A stretch of 64,000 nucleotides of DNA, from the NCBI GenBank assembly GCA_964519455.1, contig CAZFIU010000005.1:3749-67748 (forward strand). The letters run 5' to 3'. This DNA is from an uncultured Syntrophobacterales bacterium (GTDB lineage Bacteria; Desulfobacterota; Binatia; UBA9968; JAJDTQ01). Under the pieces are notes generated by a model. The model was not told the origin of the DNA, ran no database searches, and was given only the letters and a program-made list of their open reading frames with translations. Numbering within the stretch: the stretch's first letter is position 1; every line of letters starts with the position of its first letter. Position numbers and translations under genes: made by a program. Shown here in pieces: positions 25,505 to 34,817 of the stretch.

Positions 25505-27001
25505 ATGTTGGAAGCCTTCATCACGGGACTGCTCCAGGTATTCGATCAGACCACGTTCCTGCTGATGGTGATCGGCATCTTCCTGGGGTTCGTCGTCGGG
25601 ATCCTGCCCGGCATCGGCAGCCCCGGGGCGGTGGCTCTCATGCTGCCGTTCATCTTCGAGATGGACCCGGTGCAGGCGTTTGCGTTCCTGCTCGGGATGT
25701 ACGCGGTCACCGGCACCACCGGCGACATCACCTCGATCCTGTTCGGCGTGCCCGGCGAGGTGGTGTCCACGGCCACCATCATCGACGGCCATCCCATGGC
25801 CAAGAAGGGCGAGGCCGGCCGCGCCCTGGGCGCGGCGCTCATGAGCTCCCTGGTGGGCGCCATCGTCGGCGCGTTCTCCCTGGCGTTGGCCATCCCCATC
25901 GTCACCCCGCTGGTGCTGTCCTTCAAGTCGCCGGAGTTCTTCTCCCTGGCGATCCTGGGGATCTGCTTTCTCGCGGCGCTGAGCGGCGACAACAAGCTCA
26001 AGGGGGTGCTGGCGGGCGGTTTGGGGCTCGTGCTGTCCACCGTCGGCCTCGATTACCAGGAGAACATCGAACGCTATACCTTCGGCCTCGTGCACCTGTG
26101 GGAAGGGGTCGGCCTCATCGCCGCGGCCGTGGGGCTGTTCGCGGTGCCGGAGATCGTGGAGCTGTGGGTCAAGGGCTCGGCCATCGCGGATACCAAGGTG
26201 GGCAAGCTGGGCGGCGTGTGGCAGGGGGTCAAGGACACCTTCATCCACATCGGCCTCACCGTGCGCTGCAGCATGATAGGCACCTTCTTCGGCCTCGTCC
26301 CCGGCGTGAGCGCCGCCCTGTCCCAGTGGGTGTCCTACGCCCACGCGGTGCAGAGCACCCGGGACCGCAGCGGCTTCGGCAAGGGCGACGTGCGCGGCGT
26401 CCTGGGGCCGGGCGCGGCCAACAACTCCGGCATCGGCGCCGCCATGATCCCGACGGTGGCCTTCGGAGTGCCGGGAAGCGCCACCACCGCCATCCTGCTG
26501 GGAGCCTTCATCATCCAGGGGCTTCAGCCGGGGCCGAAGATGCTCACGGAGCATCTGGCCCTGACCTTCTCGTTCGTCTGGCTCATCGTCATCTCGAACA
26601 TCATCACCGTGGCGCTGTGCCTGATGTTCCTGAAACACTTGGCGAAGATCACCCAGGTCCGCGGCTCGCTGTTGATTCCGTCGCTGTTCATGCTCATCTT
26701 CCTGGCGGGTTTCGCCAACACCGGTTCCTACTTCGCCATGGCCACCACCCTGGTGTTCGGTGTGATGGGCGTGATCATGGTGAACCACGGCTGGCCGCGC
26801 CCGCCGCTGGTGTTGGGGCTGGTGCTCGGGTCCCTGGTGGAGCGGAACCTGTTCATTTCCTACGAGATCTACGGCCTCTGGTTCCTGACGCGTCCCATCG
26901 TCATGGTGACCTTCGGTGTCGCCCTGGTCGTGATCTTCCTGCCCGGGTTGCAGGATTGGATGGCGAAGCGGGCCAAGCTCCAGGAGGAGCCGGGTGCGTA
27001 A
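25505..27001 (+). CDS. tctA: tripartite tricarboxylate transporter large permease (TctA family)
   Basis: The protein is 498 aa and polytopic. GILPGIGSPGAVALMLP and the overall layout are typical of TctA. Confidence 0.8.
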   Translation: MLEAFITGLLQVFDQTTFLLMVIGIFLGFVVGILPGIGSPGAVALMLPFIFEMDPVQAFAFLLGMYAVTGTTGDITSILFGVPGEVVSTATIIDGHPMAKKGEAGRALGAALMSSLVGAIVGAFSLALAIPIVTPLVLSFKSPEFFSLAILGICFLAALSGDNKLKGVLAGGLGLVLSTVGLDYQENIERYTFGLVHLWEGVGLIAAAVGLFAVPEIVELWVKGSAIADTKVGKLGGVWQGVKDTFIHIGLTVRCSMIGTFFGLVPGVSAALSQWVSYAHAVQSTRDRSGFGKGDVRGVLGPGAANNSGIGAAMIPTVAFGVPGSATTAILLGAFIIQGLQPGPKMLTEHLALTFSFVWLIVISNIITVALCLMFLKHLAKITQVRGSLLIPSLFMLIFLAGFANTGSYFAMATTLVFGVMGVIMVNHGWPRPPLVLGLVLGSLVERNLFISYEIYGLWFLTRPIVMVTFGVALVVIFLPGLQDWMAKRAKLQEEPGA

Positions 27002-27539
27002 CCGGACGGATATCGGCATCGGCGTGCTGCTGGTGACGCTTCTCTCCTGGGCGGTGTGGGAGGCGCAGGGGTGGCCGGCGCGCACGAGGTTCTTCCCCCT
27101 GGCCATCGGCTATCCGGTGCTGGCCATGGCGGTGATGCACCTGGCCTACAGCTTGTGGCTCGGGCTGCGCCCCCTCGGGTTCGAGCAGGGTCCGGCCGCG
27201 CCGGACCCACTGGCGGAAGCCGGGCCGATTCTCGATCCCGCGGTGGTGCGCAAACGCACGCTCGAGATCTCGTTCTGGGCCGTCGCCTTCGCGGTGGGGC
27301 TGTACCTGCTGGGGTTCAAGGTGGGCGGGCTGGTCATCCCGACGGTCTTCCTCCACTACCAGGCGCGCGAGACCTGGTGCACCAGCCTCTTGTACAGTCT
27401 GGGCGTTTACGTCTTCTTCAAGATCGGCCTGGAAGAGGCGCTGTCGTTTCCCCTGCCCGCCGGCCAGATCGCCTACGGCCTCGGGCTCTACTCCTTCGAT
27501 TCCTACCTGATGGATCCGGTCCTGAACCTGTTCCGGTAA
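26994..27539 (+). CDS. tctB: tripartite tricarboxylate transporter small membrane subunit (TctB-like)
   Basis: The protein is 181 aa with about 4 TM segments and a GTG start that overlaps the tctA stop by 8 nt. The call is by context. Confidence 0.6.
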   Translation: MRNRTDIGIGVLLVTLLSWAVWEAQGWPARTRFFPLAIGYPVLAMAVMHLAYSLWLGLRPLGFEQGPAAPDPLAEAGPILDPAVVRKRTLEISFWAVAFAVGLYLLGFKVGGLVIPTVFLHYQARETWCTSLLYSLGVYVFFKIGLEEALSFPLPAGQIAYGLGLYSFDSYLMDPVLNLFR

Positions 27540-27577
27540 AGGTCCGCGACCGCGGCGCTCTCGCCGGAGCGCGTGGC

Positions 27578-27640
27578 GTCCTTCGACTTCGTTCCGCTTG
27601 CGCTCCACTACGCTCGGGACGAACGGTGAGTGGCGAACGG
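27578..27640. repeat. family-B intergenic repeat
   Basis: GTCCTTCGACTTCGTTCCGCTTGCGCTCCACTACGCTCGGGACGAACGG. Confidence 0.7.
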
Positions 27641-27670
27641 AGAGGGCCGGCCTCGCCGCTCCATTGGAGG

Positions 27671-28483
27671 TTACCGGCGACGGGCGTGGTCACCGCTCCA
27701 GAACTCGTGGAAATGGTGGACCGGGCTGTGTCCGGCGCCTATGGAGAAGGCGTGGCCGATGGCCCGGGTGATGAACTCCTTGGCCTCGGCCACGGCGGTT
27801 TCCACGGGTTCGTCGCGGGCGAGCGCGCAGGCCAGCGCCGCCGAATACGTGCATCCCGTGCCGTGCGTGTTCTTCGTCCGTACCCGCGGGGCGGAGAACT
27901 CCTGGAACGCGGCCCCGTCGTGGAAGACGTCGGTGGCGGCGCCCCGGCGATGACCTCCCTTGACCACGACGCTGCGCGCGCCCATGTCGACGATGCGGCG
28001 GGCCATGTCGCGGATGGCCTTGGCGCCGGTCCCGGCCACCCCGGTCAGCGCCCGGGCTTCGGGAAGGTTCGGCGTAACCACGGCGGCCAGCGGGAAGAGG
28101 TGGGTCTTCAGAGCCTGGACGGCGTCTTCCCGGAGGAGCCGGTGCCCGCCCTTGGCCACCATGACCGGGTCCACCACCAGGCGCTCGATGCGGTGCTCGC
28201 GGACCTTGCGTGCCACCGCGCGGATGATCCGGGCGTTGGCGAGCATGCCGGTCTTGACCGCGTCGGCGCCGATGTCCTCCAGGACGGCATCGATCTGGGC
28301 GGCGACCAGCAGCGCCGGCGTTTCGAGAACGCGCGTCACGCCGGTGGTGTTCTGGGCCGTGATGGCCGTGACCACGGACGTGCCGTAGACGCCCAGGGCG
28401 GCAAACGTCTTGAGGTCGGCCTGGAGGCCGGCTCCGGCGCCGGAGTCCGAGCCCGCTATGGTGAGGGCTTTGCGTATCTTCAC
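27671..28483 (-). CDS. thiD: hydroxymethylpyrimidine/phosphomethylpyrimidine kinase
   Basis: GTG 28483 follows GGAG. The sequence is [49 protein letters not shown] with a ..[10 protein letters not shown].. C-terminal motif. Confidence 0.9.
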   Translation of the reverse strand: MKIRKALTIAGSDSGAGAGLQADLKTFAALGVYGTSVVTAITAQNTTGVTRVLETPALLVAAQIDAVLEDIGADAVKTGMLANARIIRAVARKVREHRIERLVVDPVMVAKGGHRLLREDAVQALKTHLFPLAAVVTPNLPEARALTGVAGTGAKAIRDMARRIVDMGARSVVVKGGHRRGAATDVFHDGAAFQEFSAPRVRTKNTHGTGCTYSAALACALARDEPVETAVAEAKEFITRAIGHAFSIGAGHSPVHHFHEFWSGDHARRR

Positions 28484-28642
28484 GGGGAAGGCTCCTTCTC
28501 ACGCTTCCTTATCACGGGAATGAACCGGACACCCACCCCGGCGGCAAACTCGACAAGCCAGTCCGATCGGCCCGCGCGGGAACCAATTCGGGATTGACAT
28601 CCCCGGCGTTTCCTGATGGCATTACCGGCCACGGGTGACACC

Positions 28643-29233
28643 ATGGAAAAGACACTTTCGAAAGACCGTCTTCAGGGTTTCTTCCTCGACATGACCCGGC
28701 AGTGCTTCGGCGAGCTGGGCATCCGGGACGCGGAGGTGACGGGCTACGTGGCCGACGTGCTGACGGAGTTCGCCCGCAGCGACCGCCTTTTCCGCGTGCG
28801 CTCGCGCAGGCACCAACGGCTCGAGAGCGTGGTGGAAATGCTGGCGGACGAGCAGGCGGTGCCGCCGGACGGCAACCCCGCGTTCGCCGGCGAGAACACG
28901 CTGATGCGGGAGCGGCGTTTCCGCAAGTACCTCGGCGACTACACCCTGTTCATGAGCGGCGTGTTCCGGTCCCACGTCGAGCGCGGCGGCTACCTGGACT
29001 ACTACATCCGGGAGGGCAGCCGCTCCTACATGAAGGTGTCCGAGGTGGACCTGTCGCTCTACCGCACGGGCTTCCTGCTGTACCAGGAGCTCTCCGAGAA
29101 GTTCGAATACTTCTCCGGCGCGCTCGACTACATGCACAAGGCCTACTTCGCGGACTCGCCGAAGAAGGATCCGTTCTCCGGTTTCCTCAAGCAGATCGAA
29201 GGATGGATGAAGGTGAACGTCACCGAGAACTGA
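28643..29233 (+). CDS. hypothetical protein
   Basis: The ORF is 28616..29233 and I prefer the start at ATG 28643 (MEKTLSKDRL). Coding-like composition. I recognised no motif. Confidence 0.55.
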   Translation: MEKTLSKDRLQGFFLDMTRQCFGELGIRDAEVTGYVADVLTEFARSDRLFRVRSRRHQRLESVVEMLADEQAVPPDGNPAFAGENTLMRERRFRKYLGDYTLFMSGVFRSHVERGGYLDYYIREGSRSYMKVSEVDLSLYRTGFLLYQELSEKFEYFSGALDYMHKAYFADSPKKDPFSGFLKQIEGWMKVNVTEN

Positions 29234-29251
29234 CGCCGCCGGAGTCTTTCC

Positions 29252-30271
29252 TTGACCAGACCCGTCCTTCTTGCCGGGGGTGTCGTCGTGCTCGGCGCCC
29301 TTTTCGTCGTGGGCTATCTGTGCGCGTTCCTGTGGACGCCGTACCACGGACACTCGTCGGTCACCGAGATCGAGGTCCGCAGGGGCGACTCGTTCGCCGC
29401 CATCACGCGGGAGTTGAGCGACAAGGGAGTGGTCTCCCAGTGGCGTCCCCTCGTGCTCTGGGCGCAGCTTCGCGGCGTGGACAAGAAGGTGCATCCCGGC
29501 CTGTACCGCTTCGAGGGGACCGTCGCTCCGGCATCGGTATTGGCGCGGCTCCTGGATGGCGGGAGCGTCCATTTCAGGGTGACCGTTCCCGAGGGCTTGA
29601 CGGTCCGACAGATCGCCGACCTGTTGGAACGGCGGGCCCGGGTGTCGGCCGCGAAGTTCGTCGTCGCCGCGAAGGACCCGGCGCTGCTCGAGCCCTTGGA
29701 GGGCGACAGCCTGGAGGGCTACCTGTTCCCCGCCACCTATACGCTCCCCGCGGTGGCCACCGAGGAGCAGATCGTCGGGACCATGCTGGCCACCTTCGAG
29801 CGCAGGTTTACGCCGGAGATGGAGGAGCGCGGGCGCGCCATCGGCATGACCCGGCACCAGGTGGTCACCCTGGCCTCCATCATCGAGAAGGAAGGCGGGC
29901 CCCATGACGAATGGGCGGTGGTGTCGGCGGTCTTCCACAACCGCTTGAAGCGCGGCATGCGGCTTCAGAGCGATCCCACCGTCATCTACGGCCTGGAGAA
30001 TTTCAACGGCAACCTGACGCGCCGCGACCTCCGGACGCCCACCCCGTACAACACCTACAGGATTTCCGGCCTGCCGCCGGGTCCCATCGCCAACCCGGGT
30101 CTGGCCGCGATCAAGGCGGCGCTGTTTCCCGCCGCGGTCGATTACCTGTATTTTGTCTCCAGGAACGACGGCAGCCACCACTTTTCCGTCACGCTGCGCG
30201 AGCACAACAAGGCGGTGGAACGATATCAGCGCAACGGACGCGCGCGGTCGCGCAGGGCAGCGGCACCCTGA
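29252..30271 (+). CDS. mltG: endolytic murein transglycosylase (YceG/MltG family)
   Basis: It has one N-terminal TM segment. LASIIEKEG, LQSDPTVIYG and YNTYRISGLPPGPIANPG are the family motifs. Confidence 0.85.
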   Translation: MTRPVLLAGGVVVLGALFVVGYLCAFLWTPYHGHSSVTEIEVRRGDSFAAITRELSDKGVVSQWRPLVLWAQLRGVDKKVHPGLYRFEGTVAPASVLARLLDGGSVHFRVTVPEGLTVRQIADLLERRARVSAAKFVVAAKDPALLEPLEGDSLEGYLFPATYTLPAVATEEQIVGTMLATFERRFTPEMEERGRAIGMTRHQVVTLASIIEKEGGPHDEWAVVSAVFHNRLKRGMRLQSDPTVIYGLENFNGNLTRRDLRTPTPYNTYRISGLPPGPIANPGLAAIKAALFPAAVDYLYFVSRNDGSHHFSVTLREHNKAVERYQRNGRARSRRAAAP

Positions 30272-30324
30272 CCCGCCGATTCGCGGGGATATTCGAAGGA
30301 CACTCCGCCAAAGGGAGGAACGAC

Positions 30325-30627
30325 ATGGATGCATCCGACGTCCAGCGGGTCTACGGCCTGGCGGCCAGGGTGGGCTCTCTGGAGGGGTACCTGTACACCG
30401 GCAAGGACATCGAGGTGGAGTATCTGCCGGGCTGGCTGGGCAACATCGAACGGGAGTTCTGGGAGCTCTCGCCAGACGCCCGGCGTGCGTGCGCCGAGGC
30501 GCATCACGAGGTGCTGCGCAAGGTGGCGGCCTACCTCGCCAAGTCCCATGGTCCCGAGGACGCCAACGCGGTCAAGGCCCGCGGCATGGTCGAAATGGCC
30601 AAGGGTGTGATGGAGGCCGAAGGCTGA
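30325..30627 (+). CDS. hypothetical small protein (100 aa)
   Basis: ATG 30325 is preceded by AAGGGAGGAACGAC. The ORF ends with a double stop (TGA TAA), 12 nt before the S24 gene. Confidence 0.6.
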   Translation: MDASDVQRVYGLAARVGSLEGYLYTGKDIEVEYLPGWLGNIEREFWELSPDARRACAEAHHEVLRKVAAYLAKSHGPEDANAVKARGMVEMAKGVMEAEG

Positions 30628-30639
30628 TAAGGTGACCGG

Positions 30640-30987
30640 ATGGCCGCGGGCGTGTTCCTCGAGCCGGTGGAGGTGAACGACACCCCGGGCGTGCCGGCGG
30701 AGCTGGCGCGGAGCCCCGATACGTTCGCCTTGCGCGTGCGCGGCGATTCCGCGATCGAGGAAGAGATCCGGGACGGGGACCTGATCCTGGTCCAGTCCGC
30801 CCCCGCCGCTCGCGACGGCGATACCGTGGTGGCCGTGGTTCGGGGCGAGGCGACCGTCAAGCGGTTCTCCCGCGAGGACGGAAGAGTGCTGCTGCGTCCC
30901 GCCGGCGAACGGCTGGAGCCCATCGTGGCCGAGGAAAAAGACGTGGAGATCCGCGGCGTGGTGGTCGCGGTGATCCGGAAATACTAG
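30640..30987 (+). CDS. LexA/UmuD-type S24 peptidase domain protein lacking a DNA-binding domain
   Basis: The protein is 115 aa. MAAGVFLEP matches the LexA VAAGEP cleavage loop, RGDSA supplies the Ser nucleophile, and EATVKRF supplies the Lys. It looks collinear with the E. coli LexA C-terminal domain. Confidence 0.8.
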   Translation: MAAGVFLEPVEVNDTPGVPAELARSPDTFALRVRGDSAIEEEIRDGDLILVQSAPAARDGDTVVAVVRGEATVKRFSREDGRVLLRPAGERLEPIVAEEKDVEIRGVVVAVIRKY

Positions 30988-31097
30988 CCTGCTGCCCGTG
31001 TCCGTGTCCCCAACGGGCTCCTCTCCCCGCGGGCACCCCACCTCTCCCGATTCCGAAGCAGAGACGGATCGAGGGCAACGAACAGGAGAAACCGTCG

Positions 31098-33140
31098 ATG
31101 AACCGCCTGGCCAACGAGACGAGCCCGTATCTGCTGCAGCACGCCGGCAACCCGGTGGACTGGTACCCCTGGGGCGAGGAGGCCTTCGCCAGGGCGCGGG
31201 CGGAAGACAAGCCGATCCTCCTGAGCATCGGCTACTCGGCCTGCCACTGGTGCCACGTGATGGAGCACGAGTCCTTCGAGAACGAGGCCATCGCCGCGTT
31301 GATGAACGAGGACTTCGTCAGCATCAAGGTGGACCGGGAGGAGCGTCCCGACCTTGACGAAATCTACATGAACGCCGTGCAGATGCTCACCCGGCGGGGC
31401 GGCTGGCCCATGACCGTGTTCCTCACTCCCGAAGGGAAACCCTTCTTCGGCGGCACCTACTATCCGCCCGAGGACCGGCAGGGCATGCCGGGCTTCCCGC
31501 GCGTGCTCCAGGCGGTGGTGGAAGCCTACCGGAACAAGCCGCAGGACGTGGCCCGGAACGTCGACCAGATCGTGGCCGCGCTGGATCGCATGAACGTGCT
31601 CAGCGAAACGGGTCAGGAGATGAGCGTGGAGGCGGTGACGCGCGGGGCCGAGGGCCTCACGTCCGCCTACGACGCCGCCCACGGCGGCTTCGGCCGCGCC
31701 CCCAAGTTCCCCAACGCCGGGGTGTTCAACCTGTTCCTGCGGGCCCACCGCCTGTCGGGCAACCGGCGCTACCTGGAGATGATCACCGAGACGCTGCGGA
31801 AGATGGCCGAGGGGGGCATGTACGACCAGCTCGGCGGCGGCTTCCACCGCTACTCCGTGGACGACAAGTGGCTCGTGCCCCACTTCGAGAAGATGCTCTA
31901 CGACAACGGCCAGCTCGCGCAGGTCTACGCCGAGGCCTACCGCATCACCGGGGACGGGTTCTTCAAGCGCGTCGTCGAAGAGACTCTGGACTACGTGCTG
32001 CGCGAGATGTGCCAACCCGAAGGCGGCTTCTACTCCGCCCAGGACGCGGACAGCGAGGGGGAGGAAGGCAAGTTCTTCGTATGGACGCGCGACGAAGTCC
32101 TGGAACTCCTCGGCAAGGAGCGCGGCGACATCTTCTGCCGGGTCTACGACGTCACGGACCTCGGCAACTTCGAGGGCAAGAACATCCTCCACCCCATCCT
32201 GACCGTCGAGCAGGCGGCCAAGTACTTCCGCAAGGAGGACGAGGAGATCGAGGCCGTCCTGGCGGAGTGCCGGGCGCGTCTGTTCGAGGAGCGGGAGAAG
32301 CGGATCAAGCCGTTCCGGGACGAGAAGGTGATCATTTCCTGGAACGGCCTGATGCTGTCGGGCGTGGCCGCGGCCTACGCCGTCACCGGCGACGCGCGCA
32401 TCCGGGAGGCCGGCGCCCGCACGGTGGATTTCATCTTCACGCGCATGTTCGAGAACGGCCTGCTGCTGCACACCTACAAGGACGGGCAGGCCAAGCTGCT
32501 GGGTTATCTCGACGACTACGCGTTCCTCGTCGCCGGACTGCTGGATCTCTTCGAGGCCACCTTCGAGCCCGAACTGCTGGAACGTTCCAAGGCGCTGGCC
32601 CGGACCATGACGGAGGAGTTCTGGGACGACGAGAACGGCGGCTTCTTCTACACCGGCAAGTCCCACGAGCAGCTCATCAGTCGCACCAAGCCCGGGTTCG
32701 ACAGCTCCATCCCCTCGGGCAACTCGGTGGCGGTCATGGGCCTGCTGCGCCTCCACCACTACACCGGGGACTCCGACCTCCTCGACCGGGCCGAAAAGAC
32801 CCTGCGCCTGCACTACGACGCCATGGCCAAGGAACCCTTCGGCCTGTCCAACATGCTCGGAGCGCTGGACTACCACCTCTCGCGCCCCGCGGAGATCGTG
32901 CTGGTGGCGGACAGGGACGACGCCGCGGCGGGCGCGCTGGCCGAAGAGATCCGGCACAGCTACCTGCCCAACAAGACGTTTCAGTGGGTCGCCCCCGATG
33001 CCCGGCTGGAAGAGATTTCGCCCCTGCTGGAAGGAAAGACGCAGGTTGGCGGGAGGCCCACGGTGTACGTGTGCCGGAACTTCACCTGCGCGCCGCCGGT
33101 GACGGACTGGGAGGGGTTGAAGCCGCTGCTGGAGGAGTGA
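31098..33140 (+). CDS. thioredoxin-domain protein, YyaL/DUF255 (SSP411-like) family
   Basis: The N-terminus is [60 protein letters not shown], followed by an alpha/alpha-toroid-like C-terminal region. Confidence 0.85.
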   Translation: MNRLANETSPYLLQHAGNPVDWYPWGEEAFARARAEDKPILLSIGYSACHWCHVMEHESFENEAIAALMNEDFVSIKVDREERPDLDEIYMNAVQMLTRRGGWPMTVFLTPEGKPFFGGTYYPPEDRQGMPGFPRVLQAVVEAYRNKPQDVARNVDQIVAALDRMNVLSETGQEMSVEAVTRGAEGLTSAYDAAHGGFGRAPKFPNAGVFNLFLRAHRLSGNRRYLEMITETLRKMAEGGMYDQLGGGFHRYSVDDKWLVPHFEKMLYDNGQLAQVYAEAYRITGDGFFKRVVEETLDYVLREMCQPEGGFYSAQDADSEGEEGKFFVWTRDEVLELLGKERGDIFCRVYDVTDLGNFEGKNILHPILTVEQAAKYFRKEDEEIEAVLAECRARLFEEREKRIKPFRDEKVIISWNGLMLSGVAAAYAVTGDARIREAGARTVDFIFTRMFENGLLLHTYKDGQAKLLGYLDDYAFLVAGLLDLFEATFEPELLERSKALARTMTEEFWDDENGGFFYTGKSHEQLISRTKPGFDSSIPSGNSVAVMGLLRLHHYTGDSDLLDRAEKTLRLHYDAMAKEPFGLSNMLGALDYHLSRPAEIVLVADRDDAAAGALAEEIRHSYLPNKTFQWVAPDARLEEISPLLEGKTQVGGRPTVYVCRNFTCAPPVTDWEGLKPLLEE

Positions 33141-33173
33141 ACCGGGGGCCGGACAAATGGAAATCGACCCCCC

Positions 33174-33500
33174 GAATCGTCATTGATATGAAAATAGAAT
33201 TTTGTTCAATGAATTCCGTCAATTACAGAAGGCCGCTACAGCCCGGATCGTCATTGATATGAAAATAGAATCTGGTTCAATGATTTCTGGTAGTTATGGA
33301 ATCCCGCTACACCCCGACGAGTCATTCCCGCGGAAGCGGGAATCCAGGCGGGGTGGGGCCGGGCAATGAGGTCGCCATACCCCCCCACCCCTGGATTCCC
33401 GCTTGCGCGGGAATGACTGGTTGGGGGGCCGGCGCCCCATTTTCATCCCTCTTTGTGTCGGCTGCAAGCCGACATGGGGGATTCCCGCGAAAGCGGCATT
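33174..33500. repeat. family-A composite repeat with two tandem AT-rich modules
   Basis: ATTGATATGAAAATAGAAT..TTCAATGA modules occur at 33182 and 33252. They are followed by an inverted hairpin-core pair at 33321-33417 and a degenerate core at 33474-33500. Confidence 0.85.
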
Positions 33501-33538
33501 GGGTTTGAAATCGAATTGTAGAATACGGAAGGGGCAAG

Positions 33539-34639
33539 ATGTCAGAGTTGGAGAAGATCAGACTGGGAGTCATCGGTGCCAATCCCACGCGCGGCTGGGG
33601 GCCTCGGGCTCATCTTCCCGCCATCGTGGCGAGCCGGGACGTGGAACTGACGGCCGTGTGCACCACGCGCAGGGAAAGCGCCGAGGAATCGGCCGCCAAG
33701 TTCAACGCAAAGATGGCGTTCCACGATTACCGCGAGATGCTGGCCTGTCCGGACGTCGACGCCGTGGCGGTGCTCTTGCGGGTACCGGTCCACTACGAAG
33801 TGACCATGGACGCCCTCAACGCGGGCAAGCACGTTTTCACGGAGTGGCCTCTGGGAAGGACGCGCGCGGAGGCGGTGGAGATGCGCGACCTGGCCGAGGC
33901 CAAGGGCGTCAGGCACATGGTGGGCCTGCAAGCCCGGGCCAACCCCGCCATCGTTCATGCCCGGGAGCTGGTGGCGGACGGCTACGTGGGCGAGGTCATG
34001 GCGTGCCACGTGAACGTGGCCCGCGGCGGCGTGCTGCGGCGCCCGTCGGACCGGACCTGGCAGAGGGACAATGCACTGGGCGCCACCACCCTTACCATCG
34101 CCTGCGGTCACACCATCGACGCGCTTCGCTACGTGGCGGGCGATTTCAGCATGGTGTCGGGACTGGTCAGCACCCAGGCGCGCCAGTGGTACGAGACCGA
34201 CACCCAGCGGTACGTGGACGTCACCGGCCCGGACAACGTGCTCGTGAGCGGCCGGCTGGCCAACGGCGCCGTCGCGTCGGTGCACGTAGCCGCCATCCCT
34301 TTCGGCGTCGCCGGCTACCGCATGGAGATCTACGGGCGGGAAGGCACGCTGGTGGCGTCGTCGGACAATACGCCACAGCTCAAGGTCCTGCGCCTTCAGG
34401 GCACACGGGGCGGATCTTCCGGTCTCCAGGACCTGGAGGTGCCGGCCGACCGCGTGCACGCCCCGGCGGACACGCCCGACGGAGAGCCCAGGAACGTCGG
34501 CGAAATGTACGTCCGGTTCGCCGACGCCATCCGTAACGGCGGCGAGTGCGATCCCGATTTCAACGACGCGGTGGACACGCACCGACTGATCGACGCCATC
34601 GCGGAGGCGTCGGAAGAAGGGCGGGCGGTGGCGTTATAA
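33539..34639 (+). CDS. Gfo/Idh/MocA family oxidoreductase
   Basis: IRLGVIGANPTRGWG is the N-terminal Rossmann motif and EWPL is the family motif. The protein is 366 aa. Confidence 0.8.
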   Translation: MSELEKIRLGVIGANPTRGWGPRAHLPAIVASRDVELTAVCTTRRESAEESAAKFNAKMAFHDYREMLACPDVDAVAVLLRVPVHYEVTMDALNAGKHVFTEWPLGRTRAEAVEMRDLAEAKGVRHMVGLQARANPAIVHARELVADGYVGEVMACHVNVARGGVLRRPSDRTWQRDNALGATTLTIACGHTIDALRYVAGDFSMVSGLVSTQARQWYETDTQRYVDVTGPDNVLVSGRLANGAVASVHVAAIPFGVAGYRMEIYGREGTLVASSDNTPQLKVLRLQGTRGGSSGLQDLEVPADRVHAPADTPDGEPRNVGEMYVRFADAIRNGGECDPDFNDAVDTHRLIDAIAEASEEGRAVAL

Positions 34640-34817
34640 GGCCGGTTCCTGGGAGTCGTCGTCTCAGGGGGACGGTGTAGGGAGGGCCGGTACTCTCTTT
34701 GCCATGGGTGCCTCCTTGTTGGCGCCGGACTCTACCGGCGCCGGTTGGTGTATCCTCTGCCCAGGATGCAGCTCTACCTGTTTCCAGCATGTTCAGGACT
34801 TCACTTGGGAGGTCGCC

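Noticed and set aside
24062-27106. A 1014-aa minus-strand ORF. Similar giant ORFs lie at 50872..53292 (806 aa), 53986..56214 (742 aa), 57195..59282 (695 aa), 30984..32957 (657 aa), 28622..30334 (570 aa), 48810..50267 (485 aa) and 22712..24019 (435 aa).
   Set aside because: They lie antisense to well-supported genes (tctCA, atpGD, aroCK, MFS, yyaL, mltG, atpHA, grdB). Their translations are Arg/Gly/His/Pro-rich and low in complexity with no motifs. These are typical shadow ORFs of GC-rich DNA.
28484-28615. A possible TPP riboswitch upstream of thiD.
   Set aside because: The minus-strand leader lacks the conserved CUGAGA and ACCUGAUCUGGAUAAUGCCAGCG-type elements. Only a chance GUGAGA is present.
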